Positions 25,501 through 40,800 of a stretch of 64,000 nucleotides of DNA are shown here, one piece after another (position 1 is the first letter of the stretch; the number at the start of each line of letters is the position of its first letter). Source of the stretch: Auanema rhodensis (taxonomy: Eukaryota; Animalia; Nematoda); assembly GCA_964057225.1 (NCBI GenBank), contig OZ059894.1, positions 496,001 through 560,000 on the forward strand, read 5' to 3'. The notes under the pieces were generated by a model. That model searched no databases, had not been told where the DNA came from, and was given only the letters and a program-made list of their open reading frames with translations. The translations under genes and the position numbers were made by a program.

Positions 25501-28500
25501 AGACATGGTTACCATGAACCAATATCAATAAAAATTTGTTTTTAGACTAATATGGACATGGGGAATCTAATTTTGAAAACCGCATCTCTTTATCTTACAC
25601 GTGAAGCGAGTTACATACCAAGTGCACATCACGTGTACATTTAATTAGCATAAATTAAAGTTCACGTAAATTTCAAAGTCATGGTTACCATGAACCAATA
25701 TCAATAAAAATTTGTTTTTAGACTAATATGGACATGGGGAATCTAATTTTGAAAACCGCATCTCTTTATCTTTCACGTGAAGCGAGTTACATACCAAGTG
25801 CACATCAGGTGTACATTTAATTAGCATAAATTAAAGTTCACGTAATTTTCAAAGACATGGTTACCATGAACCAATATCAATAAAAATTTGTTTTTAGACT
25901 AATATGGACATGGGGAATCTAATTTTGAAAACCGCATCTCTTTATCTTACACGTGAAGCGAGTTACATACCAAGTGCACATCACGTGTACATTTAATTAG
26001 CATAAATTAAAGTTCACGTAAATTTCAAAGTCATGGTTACCATGAACCAATATCAATAAAAATTTGTTTTTAGACTAATATGTACATGGGGAATCTAATT
26101 TTGAAAACCGCATCTCTTTATCTGTCACGTGAAGCAAGTTACATACCAAGTGCACATCACGTGTACATTTAATTAGCATAAATTAAAGTTCACGTAAATT
26201 TCAAAGTCATGGTTACCATGCACCAATATCAATAAAAATTTGTTTTTAGACTAATATGGACATGGGAAATCTAATTTTGAAAACCGCATCTCTTTATCTT
26301 TCACGTGAAGCTAGTTACATACCAAGTGCACATCACGTGTACATTTAATTAGCATAAATTGAAGTTCACGTAAATTTCAAAGTCATGGTTACCATGCACC
26401 AATATCAATAACAATTTGTTTTTAGACTAATATGGACATGGGGAATCTAATTTTGAAAACCGCATCTCTTTATCTTTCACGTGAAGCGAGTTACATACCA
26501 AGTGCACATCACGTGTACATTTAATTAGCATAAATTAAAGTTCACGTAAATTTCAAAGTCATGGTTACCATGCACCAATATCAATAAAAATTTGTTTTTA
26601 GACTAATATGGACATGGGGAATCTAATTTTGAAAACCGCATCTCTTTATCTTTCACGTGAAGCGAGTTACATACCAAGTGCACATCACGTGTACATTTAA
26701 TTAGCATAAATTAAAGTTCACGTAAATTTCAAAATCATGGTTACCATGAACCAATATCAATGAAAATTTGTTTTTAGACTAATATGGACATGGGGAATCT
26801 AATTTTGAAAACCGCATCTCTTTATCTTTCACGTGAAGCAAGTTACATACCAAGTGCACATCACGTGTACATTTAATTAGCATAAATTAAAGTTCACGTA
26901 AATTTCAAAGTCATGGTTACCATGCACCAATATCAATAAAAATTTGTTTTTAGACTAATATGGACATGGGGAATCAAATTTTGAAAACCGCATCTCTTTA
27001 TCTTTCACGTGAAGCGAGTTACATACGAAGTGCACATCACGTGTACATTTAATTAGCATAAATTAAAGTTCACGTAAATTTCAAAGTCATGGTTACCATG
27101 CACCAATATCAATAAAAATTCGTTTTTAGACTAATATGGACATGGGGAATCTAATTTTGAAAACCGCATCTCTTTATCTTTCACGTGAAGCGAGTTACAT
27201 ACCAAGTGCACATCAGGTGTACATTTAATTAGCATAAATTAAAGTTCACGTAATTTTCAAAGACATGGTTACCATGAACCAATATCAATAAAAATTTGTT
27301 TTTAGACTAATATGGACATGGGGAATCTAATTTTGAAAACCGCATCTCTTTATCTTACACGTGAAGCGAGTTACATACCAAGTGCACATCACGTGTACAT
27401 TTAATTAGCATAAATTAAAGTTCACGTAAATTTCAAAGTCATGGTTACCATGAACCAATATCAATAAAAATTTGTTTTTAGACTAATATGGACATGGGGA
27501 ATCTAATTTTGAAAACCGCATCTCTTTATCTTTCACGTGAAGCGAGTTACATACCAAGTGCACATCACGTGTACATTTAATTAGCATAAATTAAAGTTCA
27601 CGTAAATTTCAAAGTCATGGTTACCATGAACCAATATCAATAAAAATTTGTTTTTAGACTAATATGTACATGGGGAATCTAATTTTGAAAACCGCATCTC
27701 TTTATCTGTCACGTGAAGCAAGTTACATACCAAGTGCACATCACGTGTACATTTAATTAGCATAAATTAAAGTTCACGTAAATTTCAAAGTCATGGTTAC
27801 CATGCACCAATATCAATAAAAATTTGTTTTTAGACTAATATGGACATGGGAAATCTAATTTTGAAAACCGCATCTCTTTATCTTTCACGTGAAGCTAGTT
27901 ACATACCAAGTGCACATCACGTGTACATTTAATTAGCATAAATTGAAGTTCACGTAAATTTCAAAGTCATGGTTATCATGAATTAATATCAATAAAAATT
28001 TGTTTATAGACTAATATGGACATGGGGAATCTAATTTTGAAAACCGCATCTCTTTATCTTTCACGTGAAGCAAGTTACATACCAAGTGCACATCACGTGT
28101 ACATTTAATTAGCATAAATTAAAGTTCACGTAAATTTCAAAGTCATGGTTACCATGCACCAATATCAATAACAATTTGTTTTTAGACTAATATGGACATG
28201 GGGAATCTAATTTTGAAAACCGCATCTCTTTATCTTTCACGTGAAGCGAGTTACATACCAAGTGCACATCACGTGTACATTTAATTAGCATAAATTAAAG
28301 TTCACGTAAATTTCAAAGTCATGGTTACCATGCACCAATATCAATAAAAATTTGTTTTTAGACTAATATGGACATGGGGAATCTAATTTTGAAAACCGCA
28401 TCTCTTTATCTTTCACGTGAAGCGAGTTACATACCAAGTGCACATCACGTGTACATTTAATTAGCATAAATTAAAGTTCACGTAAATTTCAAAATCATGG

Positions 28501-30641
28501 TTACCATGAACCAATATCAATGAAAATTTGTTTTTAGACTAATATGGACATGGGGAATCTAATTTTGAAAACCGCATCTCTTTATCTTTCACGTGAAGCA
28601 AGTTACATACCAAGTGCACATCACGTGTACATTTAATTAGCATAAATTAAAGTTCACGTAAATTTCAAAGTCATGGTTACCATGCACCAATATCAATAAA
28701 AATTTGTTTTTAGACTAATATGGACATGGGGAATCAAATTTTGAAAACCGCATCTCTTTATCTTTCACGTGAAGCGAGTTACATACCAAGTGCACATCAC
28801 GTGTACATTTAATTAGCATAAATTAAAGTTCACGTAAATTTCAAAGTCATGGTTACCATGAACCAATATCAATAAAAATTTGTTTTTAGACTAATATGGA
28901 CATATGAAATCTAATTTTGAAAACCGCATCTCTTTATCTTTCACGTGAAGCGAGTTACATACCAAGTGCACATCACGTGTACATTTAATTAGCATAAATT
29001 AAAGTTCACGTAAATTTCAAAGTCATGGTTACCATGCACCAATATCAATAAAAATTTGTTTTTAGACTAATATGGACATGGGTAATCTAATTTTGAAAAC
29101 CGCATCTCTTTATCTTTCACGTGAAGCGAGTTACATACCAAGTGCACATCAGGTGTACATTTAATTAGCATAAATTAAAGTTCACGTAATTTTCAAAGAC
29201 ATGGTTACCATGAACCAATATCAATAAAAATTTGTTTTTAGACTAATATGGACATGGGGAATCTAATTTTGAAAACCGCATCTCTTTATCTTTCACGTGA
29301 AGCGAGTTACATACCAAGTGCACATCACGTGTACATTTAATTAGCATAAATTAAAGTTCACGTAAATTTCAAAGTCATGGTTACCATGAACCAATATCAA
29401 TAAAAATTTGTTTTTAGACTAATATGGACATGGGGAATCTAATTTTGAAAACCGCATCTCTTTATCTTTCACGTGAAGCAAGTTACATACCAAGTGCACA
29501 TCACGTGTACATTTAATTAGCATAAATTAAAGTTCACGTAAATTTCAAAGTCATGGTTACCATGCACCAATATCAATAAAAATTTGTTTTTAGACTAATA
29601 TGGACATGGGGAATCTAATTTTGAGAACCGCATCTCTTTATCTTTCACGTGAAGCGAGTTACATACCAAGTGCACATCACGTGTACATTTAATTAGCATA
29701 AATTAAAGTTCACGTAAATTTCAAAGTCATGGTTACCATGAACCAATATCAATAAAAATTTGTTTTTAGACTAATATGGACATGGGGAATCTAATTTTGA
29801 GAACCGCATCTCTTTATCTTTCACGTGAAGCGAGTTACATACCAAGTGCACATCACGTGTACATTTAATTAGCATAAATTAAAGTTCACGTAAATTTCAA
29901 AGTCATGGTTACCATGAACCAATATCAATAAAAATTTGTTTTTAGACTAATATGTACATGGGGAATCTAATTTTGAAAACCGCATCTCTTTATCTTTCAC
30001 GTGAAGCAAGTTACATACCAAGTGCACATCACGTGTACATTTAATTAGCATAAATTAAAGTTCACGTAAATTTCAAAGTCATGGTTACCATGCACCAATA
30101 TCAATAAAAATTTGTTTTTAGACTAATATGGACATGGGGAATCTAATTTTGAAAACCGCATCTCTTTATCTTTCACGTGAAGCTAGTTACATACCAAGTG
30201 CACATCACGTGTACATTTAATTAGCATAAATTGAAGTTCACGTAAATTTCAAAGTCATGGTTACCATGCACCAATATCAATAACAATTTGTTTTTAGACT
30301 AATATGGACATGGGGAATCTAATTTTGAAAACCGCATCTCTTTATCTTTCACGTGAAGCGAGTTACATACCAAGTGCACATCACGTGTACATTTAATTAG
30401 CATAAATTAAAGTTCACGTAAATTTCAAAGTCATGGTTACCATGCACCAATATCAATAAAAATTTGTTTTTAGACTAATATGGACATGGGGAATCTAATT
30501 TTGAAAACCGCATCTCTTTATCTTTCACGTGAAGCGAGTTACATACCAAGTGCACATCACGTGTACATTTAATTAGCATAAATTAAAGTTCACGTAAATT
30601 TCAAAGTCATGGTTACCATGAACCAATATCAATAAAAATTG

Positions 30642-33600
30642 GTTTTTAGACTAATATGGACATGGGGAATCTAATTTTGAAAACCGCATCTCTTTATCTT
30701 TCACGTGAAGCGAGTTACATACCAAGTGCACATCACGTGTACATTTAATTAGCATAAATTAAAGTTCACGTAAATTTCAAAGTCATGGTTACCATGAACC
30801 AATATCAATAAAAATTTGTTTTTAGACTAATATGGACATGGGGAATCTAATTTTGAAAACCGCATCTCTTTATCTTTCACGTGAAGCGAGTTACATACCA
30901 AGTGCACATCACGTGTACATTTAATTAGCATAAATTAAAGTTCACGTAAATTTCAAAGTCATGGTTACCATGAACCAATATCAATAAAAATTTGTTTTTA
31001 GACTAATATGGACATGGGGAATCTAATTTTGAAAACCGCATCTCTTTATCTTTCACGTGAAGCGAGTTACATACCAAGTGCACATCACGTGTACATTTAA
31101 TTAGCATAAATTAAAGTTCACGTAAATTTCAAAGTCATGGTTACCATGCACCAATATCAATAAAAATTTGTTTTTAGACTAATATGGACATGGGGAATCT
31201 AATTTTGAAAACCGCATCTCTTTATCTTTCACGTGAAGCGAGTTACATACCAAGTGCACATCACGTGTACATTTAATTAGCATAAATTAAAGTTCACGTA
31301 AATTTCAAAGTCATGGTTACCATGCACCAATATCAATAAAAATTTGTTTTTAGACTAATATGGACATGGGGAATCTAATTTTGAAAACCGCATCTCTTTA
31401 TCTTTCACGTGAAGCGAGTTACATACCAAGTGCACATCACGTGTACATTTAATTAGCATAAATTAAAGTTCACGTAAATTTCAAAGTCATGGTTACCATG
31501 AACCAATATCAATAAAAATTTGTTTTTAGACTAATATGGACATGGGGAATCTAATTTTGAAAACCGCATCTCTTTATCTTTCACGTGAAGCGAGTTACAT
31601 ACCAAGTGCACATCACGTGTACATTTAATTAGCATAAATTAAAGTTCACGTAAATTTCAAAGTCATGGTTACCATGCACCAATATCAATAAAAATTTGTT
31701 TTTAGACTAATATGGACATGGGGAATCTAATTTTGAAAACCGCATCTCTTCATCTTTCACGTGAAGCGAGTTACATACCAAGTGCACATCACGTGTACAT
31801 TTAATTAGCATAAATTAAAGTTCACGTAAATTTCAAAGTCATGGTTACCATGAACCAATATCAATAAAAATTTGTTTTTAGACTAATATGGACATGGGGA
31901 ATCTAATTTTGAAAACCGCATCTCTTTATCTTACACGTGAAGCGAGTTACATACCAAGTGCACATCACGTGTACATTTAATTAGCATAAATTAAAGTTCA
32001 CGTAAATTTCAAAGTCATGGTTACCATGAACCAATATCAATAAAAATTTGTTTTTAGACTAATATGGACATGGGGAATCTAATTTTGAAAACCGCATCTC
32101 TTTATCTTTCACGTGAAGCGAGTTACATACCAAGTGCACATCACGTGTACATTTAATTAGCATAAATTAAAGTTCACGTAAATTTCAAAGTCATGGTTAC
32201 CATGCACCAATATCAATAAAAATTTGTTTTTAGACTAATATGGACATGGGGAATCTAATTTTGAAAACCGCATCTCTTCATCTTTCACGTGAAGCGAGTT
32301 ACATACCAAGTGCACATCACGAGTACATTTAATTAGCATAAATTAAAGTTCACGTAAATTTCAAAGTCATGGTTACCATGCACCAATATCAATAAAACTT
32401 TGTTTTTAGACTAATATGGACATGGGGAATCTAATTTTGAAAACCGCATCTCTTTATCTTTCACGTGAAGCGAGTTACATACCAAGTGCACATCACGTGT
32501 ACATTTAATTAGCATAAATTAAAGTTCACGTAAATTTCAAAGTCATGGTTACCATGAACCAATATCAATAAAAATTTGTTTTTAGACTAATATGGACATG
32601 GGGAATCTAATATTGAGAACCGCATCTCTTTATCTTTCACGTGAAGCGAGTTACATACCAAGTGCACATCACGTGTACATTTAATTAGCATAAATTAAAG
32701 TTCACGTAAATTTCAAAGTCATGGTTACCATGCACCAATATCAATAAAAATTTGTTTTTAGACTAATATGGACATGGGGAATCTAATTTTGAAAACCGCA
32801 TCTCTTCATCTTTCACGTGAAGCGAGTTACATACCAAGTGCACATCACGTGTACATTTAATTAGCATAAATTAAAGTTCACGTAAATTTCAAAGTCATGG
32901 TTACCATGCACCAATATCAATAAAAATTTGTTTTTAGACTAATATGGACATGGGGAATCTAATTTTGAAAACCGCATCTCTTCATCTTTCACGTGAAGCG
33001 AGTTACATACCAAGTGCACATCACGAGTACATTTAATTAGCATAAATTAAAGTTCACGTAAATTTCAAAGTCATGGTTACCATGCACCAATATCAATAAA
33101 AATTTGTTTTTAGACTAATATGGACATGGGGAATCTAATTTTGAAAACCGCATCTCTTTATCTTTCACGTGAAGCGAGTTACATACCAAGTGCACATCAC
33201 GTGTACATTTAATTAGCATAAATTAAAGTTCACGTAAATTTCAAAGTCATGGTTACCATGAACCAATATCAATAAAAATTTGTTTTTAGACTAATATGGA
33301 CATGGGGAATCTAATTTTGAAAACCGCATCTCTTTATCTTTCACGTGAAGCGAGTTACATACCAAGTGCACATCACGTGTACATTTAATTAGCATAAATT
33401 AAAGTTCACGTAAATTTCAAAGTCATGGTTACCATGAACCAATATCAATAAAAATTTGTTTTTAGACTAATATGGACATGGGGAATCTAATTTTGAAAAC
33501 CGCATCTCTTTATCTTTCACGTGAAGCGAGTTACATACCAAGTGCACATCACGTGTACATTTAATTAGCATAAATTAAAGTTCACGTAAATTTCAAAGTC

Positions 33601-35568
33601 ATGGTTACCATGCACCAATATCAATAAAAATTTGTTTTTAGACTAATATGGACATGGGGAATCTAATTTTGAAAACCGCATCTCTTTATCTTTCACGTGA
33701 AGCGAGTTACATACCAAGTGCACATCACGTGTACATTTAATTAGCATAAATTAAAGTTCACGTAAATTTCAAAGTCATGGTTACCATGCACCAATATCAA
33801 TAAAAATTTGTTTTTAGACTAATATGGACATGGGGAATCTAATTTTGAAAACCGCATCTCTTTATCTTTCACGTGAAGCGAGTTACATACCAAGTGCACA
33901 TCACGTGTACATTTAATTAGCATAAATTAAAGTTCACGTAAATTTCAAAGTCATGGTTACCATGAACCAATATCAATAAAAATTTGTTTTTAGACTAATA
34001 TGGACATGGGGAATCTAATTTTGAAAACCGCATCTCTTTATCTTTCACGTGAAGCGAGTTACATACCAAGTGCACATCACGTGTACATTTAATTAGCATA
34101 AATTAAAGTTCACGTAAATTTCAAAGTCATGGTTACCATGCACCAATATCAATAAAAATTTGTTTTTAGACTAATATGGACATGGGGAATCTAATTTTGA
34201 AAACCGCATCTCTTCATCTTTCACGTGAAGCGAGTTACATACCAAGTGCACATCACGTGTACATTTAATTAGCATAAATTAAAGTTCACGTAAATTTCAA
34301 AGTCATGGTTACCATGAACCAATATCAATAAAAATTTGTTTTTAGACTAATATGGACATGGGGAATCTAATTTTGAAAACCGCATCTCTTTATCTTACAC
34401 GTGAAGCGAGTTACATACCAAGTGCACATCACGTGTACATTTAATTAGCATAAATTAAAGTTCACGTAAATTTCAAAGTCATGGTTACCATGAACCAATA
34501 TCAATAAAAATTTGTTTTTAGACTAATATGGACATGGGGAATCTAATTTTGAAAACCGCATCTCTTTATCTTTCACGTGAAGCGAGTTACATACCAAGTG
34601 CACATCACGTGTACATTTAATTAGCATAAATTAAAGTTCACGTAAATTTCAAAGTCATGGTTACCATGCACCAATATCAATAAAAATTTGTTTTTAGACT
34701 AATATGGACATGGGGAATCTAATTTTGAAAACCGCATCTCTTCATCTTTCACGTGAAGCGAGTTACATACCAAGTGCACATCACGAGTACATTTAATTAG
34801 CATAAATTAAAGTTCACGTAAATTTCAAAGTCATGGTTACCATGCACCAATATCAATAAAACTTTGTTTTTAGACTAATATGGACATGGGGAATCTAATT
34901 TTGAAAACCGCATCTCTTTATCTTTCACGTGAAGCGAGTTACATACCAAGTGCACATCACGTGTACATTTAATTAGCATAAATTAAAGTTCACGTAAATT
35001 TCAAAGTCATGGTTACCATGAACCAATATCAATAAAAATTTGTTTTTAGACTAATATGGACATGGGGAATCTAATATTGAGAACCGCATCTCTTTATCTT
35101 TCACGTGAAGCGAGTTACATACCAAGTGCACATCACGTGTACATTTAATTAGCATAAATTAAAGTTCACGTAAATTTCAAAGTCATGGTTACCATGCACC
35201 AATATCAATAAAAATTTGTTTTTAGACTAATATGGACATGGGGAATCTAATTTTGAAAACCGCATCTCTTCATCTTTCACGTGAAGCGAGTTACATACCA
35301 AGTGCACATCACGTGTACATTTAATTAGCATAAATTAAAGTTCACGTAAATTTCAAAGTCATGGTTACCATGCACCAATATCAATAAAAATTTGTTTTTA
35401 GACTAATATGGACATGGGGAATCTAATTTTGAAAACCGCATCTCTTCATCTTTCACGTGAAGCGAGTTACATACCAAGTGCACATCACGAGTACATTTAA
35501 TTAGCATAAATTAAAGTTCACGTAAATTTCAAAGTCATGGTTACCATGCACCAATATCAATAAAAATT
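30642..35568 (+). repeat. 14-monomer (2464-bp) tandem higher-order duplication
   Basis: tcttcatc 31751/34215 and tattgag 32612/35076 match. The A/C157 pattern is identical across 14 monomers. Confidence 0.92.
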
Positions 35569-37859
35569 TGTTTTTAGACTAATATGGACATGGGGAATCT
35601 AATTTTGAAAACCGCATCTCTTCATCTTTCACGTGAAGCGAGTTACATACCAAGTGCACATCACGAGTACATTTAATTAGCATAAATTAAAGTTCACGTA
35701 AATTTCAAAGTCATGGTTACCATGCACCAATATCAATAAAACTTCGTTTTTAGACTAATATGGACATGGGGAATCTAATTTTGAAAACCGCATCTCTTTA
35801 TCTTTCACGTGAAGCGAGTTACATACCAAGTGCACATCACGTGTACATTTAATTAGCATAAATTAAAGTTCACGTAAATTTCAAAGTCATGGTTACCATG
35901 AACCAATATCAATAAAAATTTGTTTTTAGACTAATATGGACATGGGGAATCTAATTTTGAAAACCGCATCTCTTTATCTTTCACGTGAAGCGAGTTACAT
36001 ACCAAGTGCACATCACGTGTACATTTAATTAGCATAAATTAAAGTTCACGTAAATTTCAAAGTCATGGTTACCATGAACCAATATCAATAAAAATTTGTT
36101 TTTAGACTAATATGGACATGGGGAATCTTATTTTGAAAACCGCATCTCTTTATCTTTCACGTGAAGCGAGTTACATACCAAGTGCACATCACGTGTACAT
36201 TTAATTAGCATAAATTAAAGTTCACGTAAATTTCAAAGTCATGGTTACCATGCACCAATATCAATAAAAATTTGTTTTTAGACTAATATGGACATGGGGA
36301 ATCTAATTTTGAAAACCGCATCTCTTCATCTTTCACGTGAAGCGAGTTACATACCAAGTGCACATCACGAGTACATTTAATTAGCATAAATTAAAGTTCA
36401 CGTAAATTTCAAAGTCATGGTTACCATGCACCAATATCAATAAAACTTCGTTTTTAGACTAATATGGACATGGGGAATCTAATTTTGAAAACCGCATCTC
36501 TTTTTCTCTCACGTGAAGCGAGTTACATACCAAGTGCACATCACGTGTACATTTAATTAGCATAAATTAAAGTTCACGTAAATTTCAAAGTCATGGTTAC
36601 CATGAACCAATATCAATAAAAATTTGTTTTTAGACTAATATGGACATGGGGAATCTAATTTTGAAAACCGCATCTCTTTATCTTTCACGTGAAGCGAGTT
36701 ACATACCAAGTGCACATCACGTGTACATTTAATTAGCATAAATTAAAGTTCACGTAAATTTCAAAGTCATGGTTACCATGCACCAATATCAATAAAAATT
36801 TGTTTTTAGACTAATATGGACATGGGGAATCTAATTTTGAAAACCGCATCTCTTTATCTTTCACGTGAAGCTAGTTACATACCAAGTGCACATCACGTGT
36901 ACATTTAATTAGCATAAATTAAAGTTCACGTAAATTTCAAAGTCATGGTTACCATGCACCAATATCAATAAAAATTTGTTTTTAGACTAATATGGACATG
37001 GGGAATCTAATTTTGAAAACCGCATCTCTTTATCTTTCACGTGAAGCAAGTTACATACAAAGTGCACATCACGTGTACATTTAATTAGCATAAATTAAAG
37101 TTCACGTAAATTTCAAAGTCATGGTTACCATGCACCAATATCGATAAAAATTTGTTTTTAGACTAATATGGACATGGGGAATCTAATTTTGAAAACCGCA
37201 TCTCTTTATCTTTCACGTGAAGCGAGTTACATACCAAGTGCACATCACGTGTACATTTAATTAGCATAAATTAAAGTTCACGTAAATTTCAAAGTCATGG
37301 TTACCATGAACCAATATCAATAAAAATTTGTTTTTAGACTAATATGGACATGGGGAATCCAATTTTGAAAACCGCATCTCTTTATCTTTCACGTGAAGCG
37401 AGTTACATACCAAGTGCACATCACGTGTACATTTAATTAGCATAAATTAAAGTTCACGTAAATTTCAAAGTCATGGTTACCATGAACCAATATCAATAAA
37501 AATTTGTTTTTAGACTAATATGGACATGGGGAATCTAATTTTGAAAACCGCATCTCTTTATCTTTCACGTGAAGCGAGTTACATACCAAGTGCACATCAC
37601 GTGTACATTTAATTAGCATAAATTAAAGTTCACGTAAATTTCAAAGTCATGGTTACCATGCACCAATATCAATAAAAATTTGTTTTTAGACTAATATGGA
37701 CATGGGGAATCTAATTTTGAAAACCGCATCTCTTTATCTTTCACGTGAAGCGAGTTACATACCAAGTGCACATCACGTGTACATTTAATTAGCATAAATT
37801 AAAGTTCACGTAATTTTCAAAGACATGGTTACCATGAACCAATATCAATAAAAATTTGT

Positions 37860-40800
37860 TTTTAGACTAATATGGACATGGGGAATCTAATTTTGAAAAC
37901 CGCATCTCTTTATCTTTCACGTGAAGCGAGCTACATACCAAGTGCACATCACGTGTACATTTAATTAGCATAAATTAAAGTTCACGTAAATTTCAAAGTC
38001 ATGGTTACCATGAACCAATATCAATAAAAATTTGTTTTTAGACTAATATGGACATGGGGAATCTAATTTTGAAAACCGCATCTCTTTATCTTTCACGTGA
38101 AGCGAGTTACATACCAAGTGCACATCACGTGTACATTTAATTAGCATAAATTAAAGTTCACGTAAATTTCAAAGTCATGGTTACCATGAACCAATATCAA
38201 TAAAAATTTGTTTTTAGACTAATATGGACATGGGGAATCTAATTTTGAAAACCGCATCTCTTTATCTTTCACGTGAAGCGAGTTACATACCAAGTGCACA
38301 TCACGTGTACATTTAATTAGCATAAATTAAAGTTCACGTAAATTTCAAAGTCATGGTTACCATGCACCAATATCAATAAAAATTTGTTTTTAGACTAATA
38401 TGGACATGGGGAATCTAATTTTGAAAACCGCATCTTTTTATCTTTTACGTGAAGCGAGTTACATACCAAGTGCACATCACGTGTACATTTAATTAGCATA
38501 AATTAAAGTTCACGTAATTTTCAAAGACATGGTTACCATGAACCAATATCAATAAAAATTTGTTTTTAGACTAATATGGACATGGGGAATCTAATTTTGA
38601 AAACCGCATCTCTTTATCTTTCACGTGAAGCGAGCTACATACCAAGTGCACATCACGTGTACATTTAATTAGCATAAATTAAAGTTCACGTAAATTTCAA
38701 AGTCATGGTTACCATGAACCAATATCAATAAAAATTTGTTTTTAGACTAATATGGACATGGGGAATCTAATTTTGAAAACCGCATCTCTTTATCTTTCAC
38801 GTGAAGCGAGTTACATACCAAGTGCACATCACGTGTACATTTAATTAGCATAAATTAAAGTTCACGTAAATTTCAAAGTCATGGTTACCATGAACCAATA
38901 TCAATAAAAATTTGTTTTTAGACTAATATGGACATGGGGAATCTAATTTTGAAAACCGCATCTCTTTATCTTTCACGTGAAGCGAGTTACATACCAAGTG
39001 CACATCACGTGTACATTTAATTAGCATAAATTAAAGTTCACGTAAATTTCAAAGTCATGGTTACCATGCACCAATATCAATAAAACTTTGTTTTTAGACT
39101 AATATGGACATGGGGAATCTAATTTTGAAAACCGCATCTCTTTATCTTTCACGTGAAGCGAGTTACATACCAAGTGCACATCACGTGTACATTTAATTAG
39201 CATAAATTAAAGTTCACGTAATTTTCAAAGACATGGTTACCATGAACCAATATCAATAAAAATTTGTTTTTAGACTAATATGGACATGGGGAATCTAATT
39301 TTGAAAACCGCATCTCTTTATCTTTCACGTGAAGCGAGCTACATACCAAGTGCACATCACGTGTACATTTAATTAGCATAAATTAAAGTTCACGTAAATT
39401 TCAAAGTCATGGTTACCAAGAACCAATATCAATAAAAATTTGTTTTTAGACTAATATGGACATGGGGAATCTAATTTTGAAAACCGCATCTTTTTATCTT
39501 TCACGTGAAGCGAGTTACATACCAAGTGCACATCACGTGTACATTTAATTAGCATAAATTAAAGTTCACGTAAATTTCAAAGTCATGGTTACCATGCACC
39601 AATATCAATAAAACTTTGTTTTTAGACTAATATGGACATGGGGAATCTAATTTTGAAAACCGCATCTCTTTATCTTTCACGTGAAGCAAGTTACATACCA
39701 AGTGCACATCACGTGTACATTTAATTAGCATAAATTAAAGTACACGTAAATTTCAAAGTCATGGTTACCATGCACCAATATCAATAAAAATTTGTTTTTA
39801 GACTAATATGGACATGGGGAATCTAATTTTGAAAACCGCATCTCTTTATCTTTCACGTGAAGCGAGTTACATACCAAGTGCACATCACGTGTACATTTAA
39901 TTAGCATAAATTAAAGTTCACGTAAATTTCAAAGTCATGGTAACCATGAACCAATATCAATAAAAATTTGTTTTTAGACTATTATGGACATGGGGAATCT
40001 AATTTTGAAAACCGCATCTCTTTATCTTTCACGTGAAGCGAGTTACATACCAAGTGCACATCACGTGTACATTTAATTAGCATAAATTAAAGTTCACGTA
40101 AATTTCAAAGTCATGGTTACCATGCACCAATATCAATAAAACTTTGTTTTTAGACTAATATGGACATGGGGAATCTAATTTTGAAAACCGCATCTCTTTA
40201 TCTTTCACGTGAAGCGAGTTACATACCAAGTGCACATCACGTGTACATTTAATTAGCATAAATTAAAGTTCACGTAAATTTCAAAGTCATGGTTACCATG
40301 CACCAATATCAATAAAAATTTGTTTTTAGACTAATATGGACATGGGGAATCTAATTTTGAAAACCGCATCTCTTTATCTTTCACGTGAAGCGAGTTACAT
40401 ACCAAGTGCACATCACGTGTACATTTAATTAGCATAAATTAAAGTTCACGTAAATTTCAAAGTCATGGTTACCATGCACCAATATCAATAAAAATTTGTT
40501 TTTAGACTAATATGGACATGGGGAATCTAATTTTGAAAACCGCATCTCTTTATCTTTCACGTGAAGCTAGTTACATACCAAGTGCACATCACGTGTACAT
40601 TTAATTAGCATAAATTAAAGTTCACGTAAATTTCAAAGTCATGGTTACCATGAACCAATATCAATAAAAATTTGTTTTTAGACTAATATGGACATGGGGA
40701 ATCTAATTTTGAAAACCGCATCTCTTTATCTTTCACGTGAAGCGAGTTACATACCAAGTGCACATCACGTGTACATTTAATTAGCATAAATTAAAGTTCA

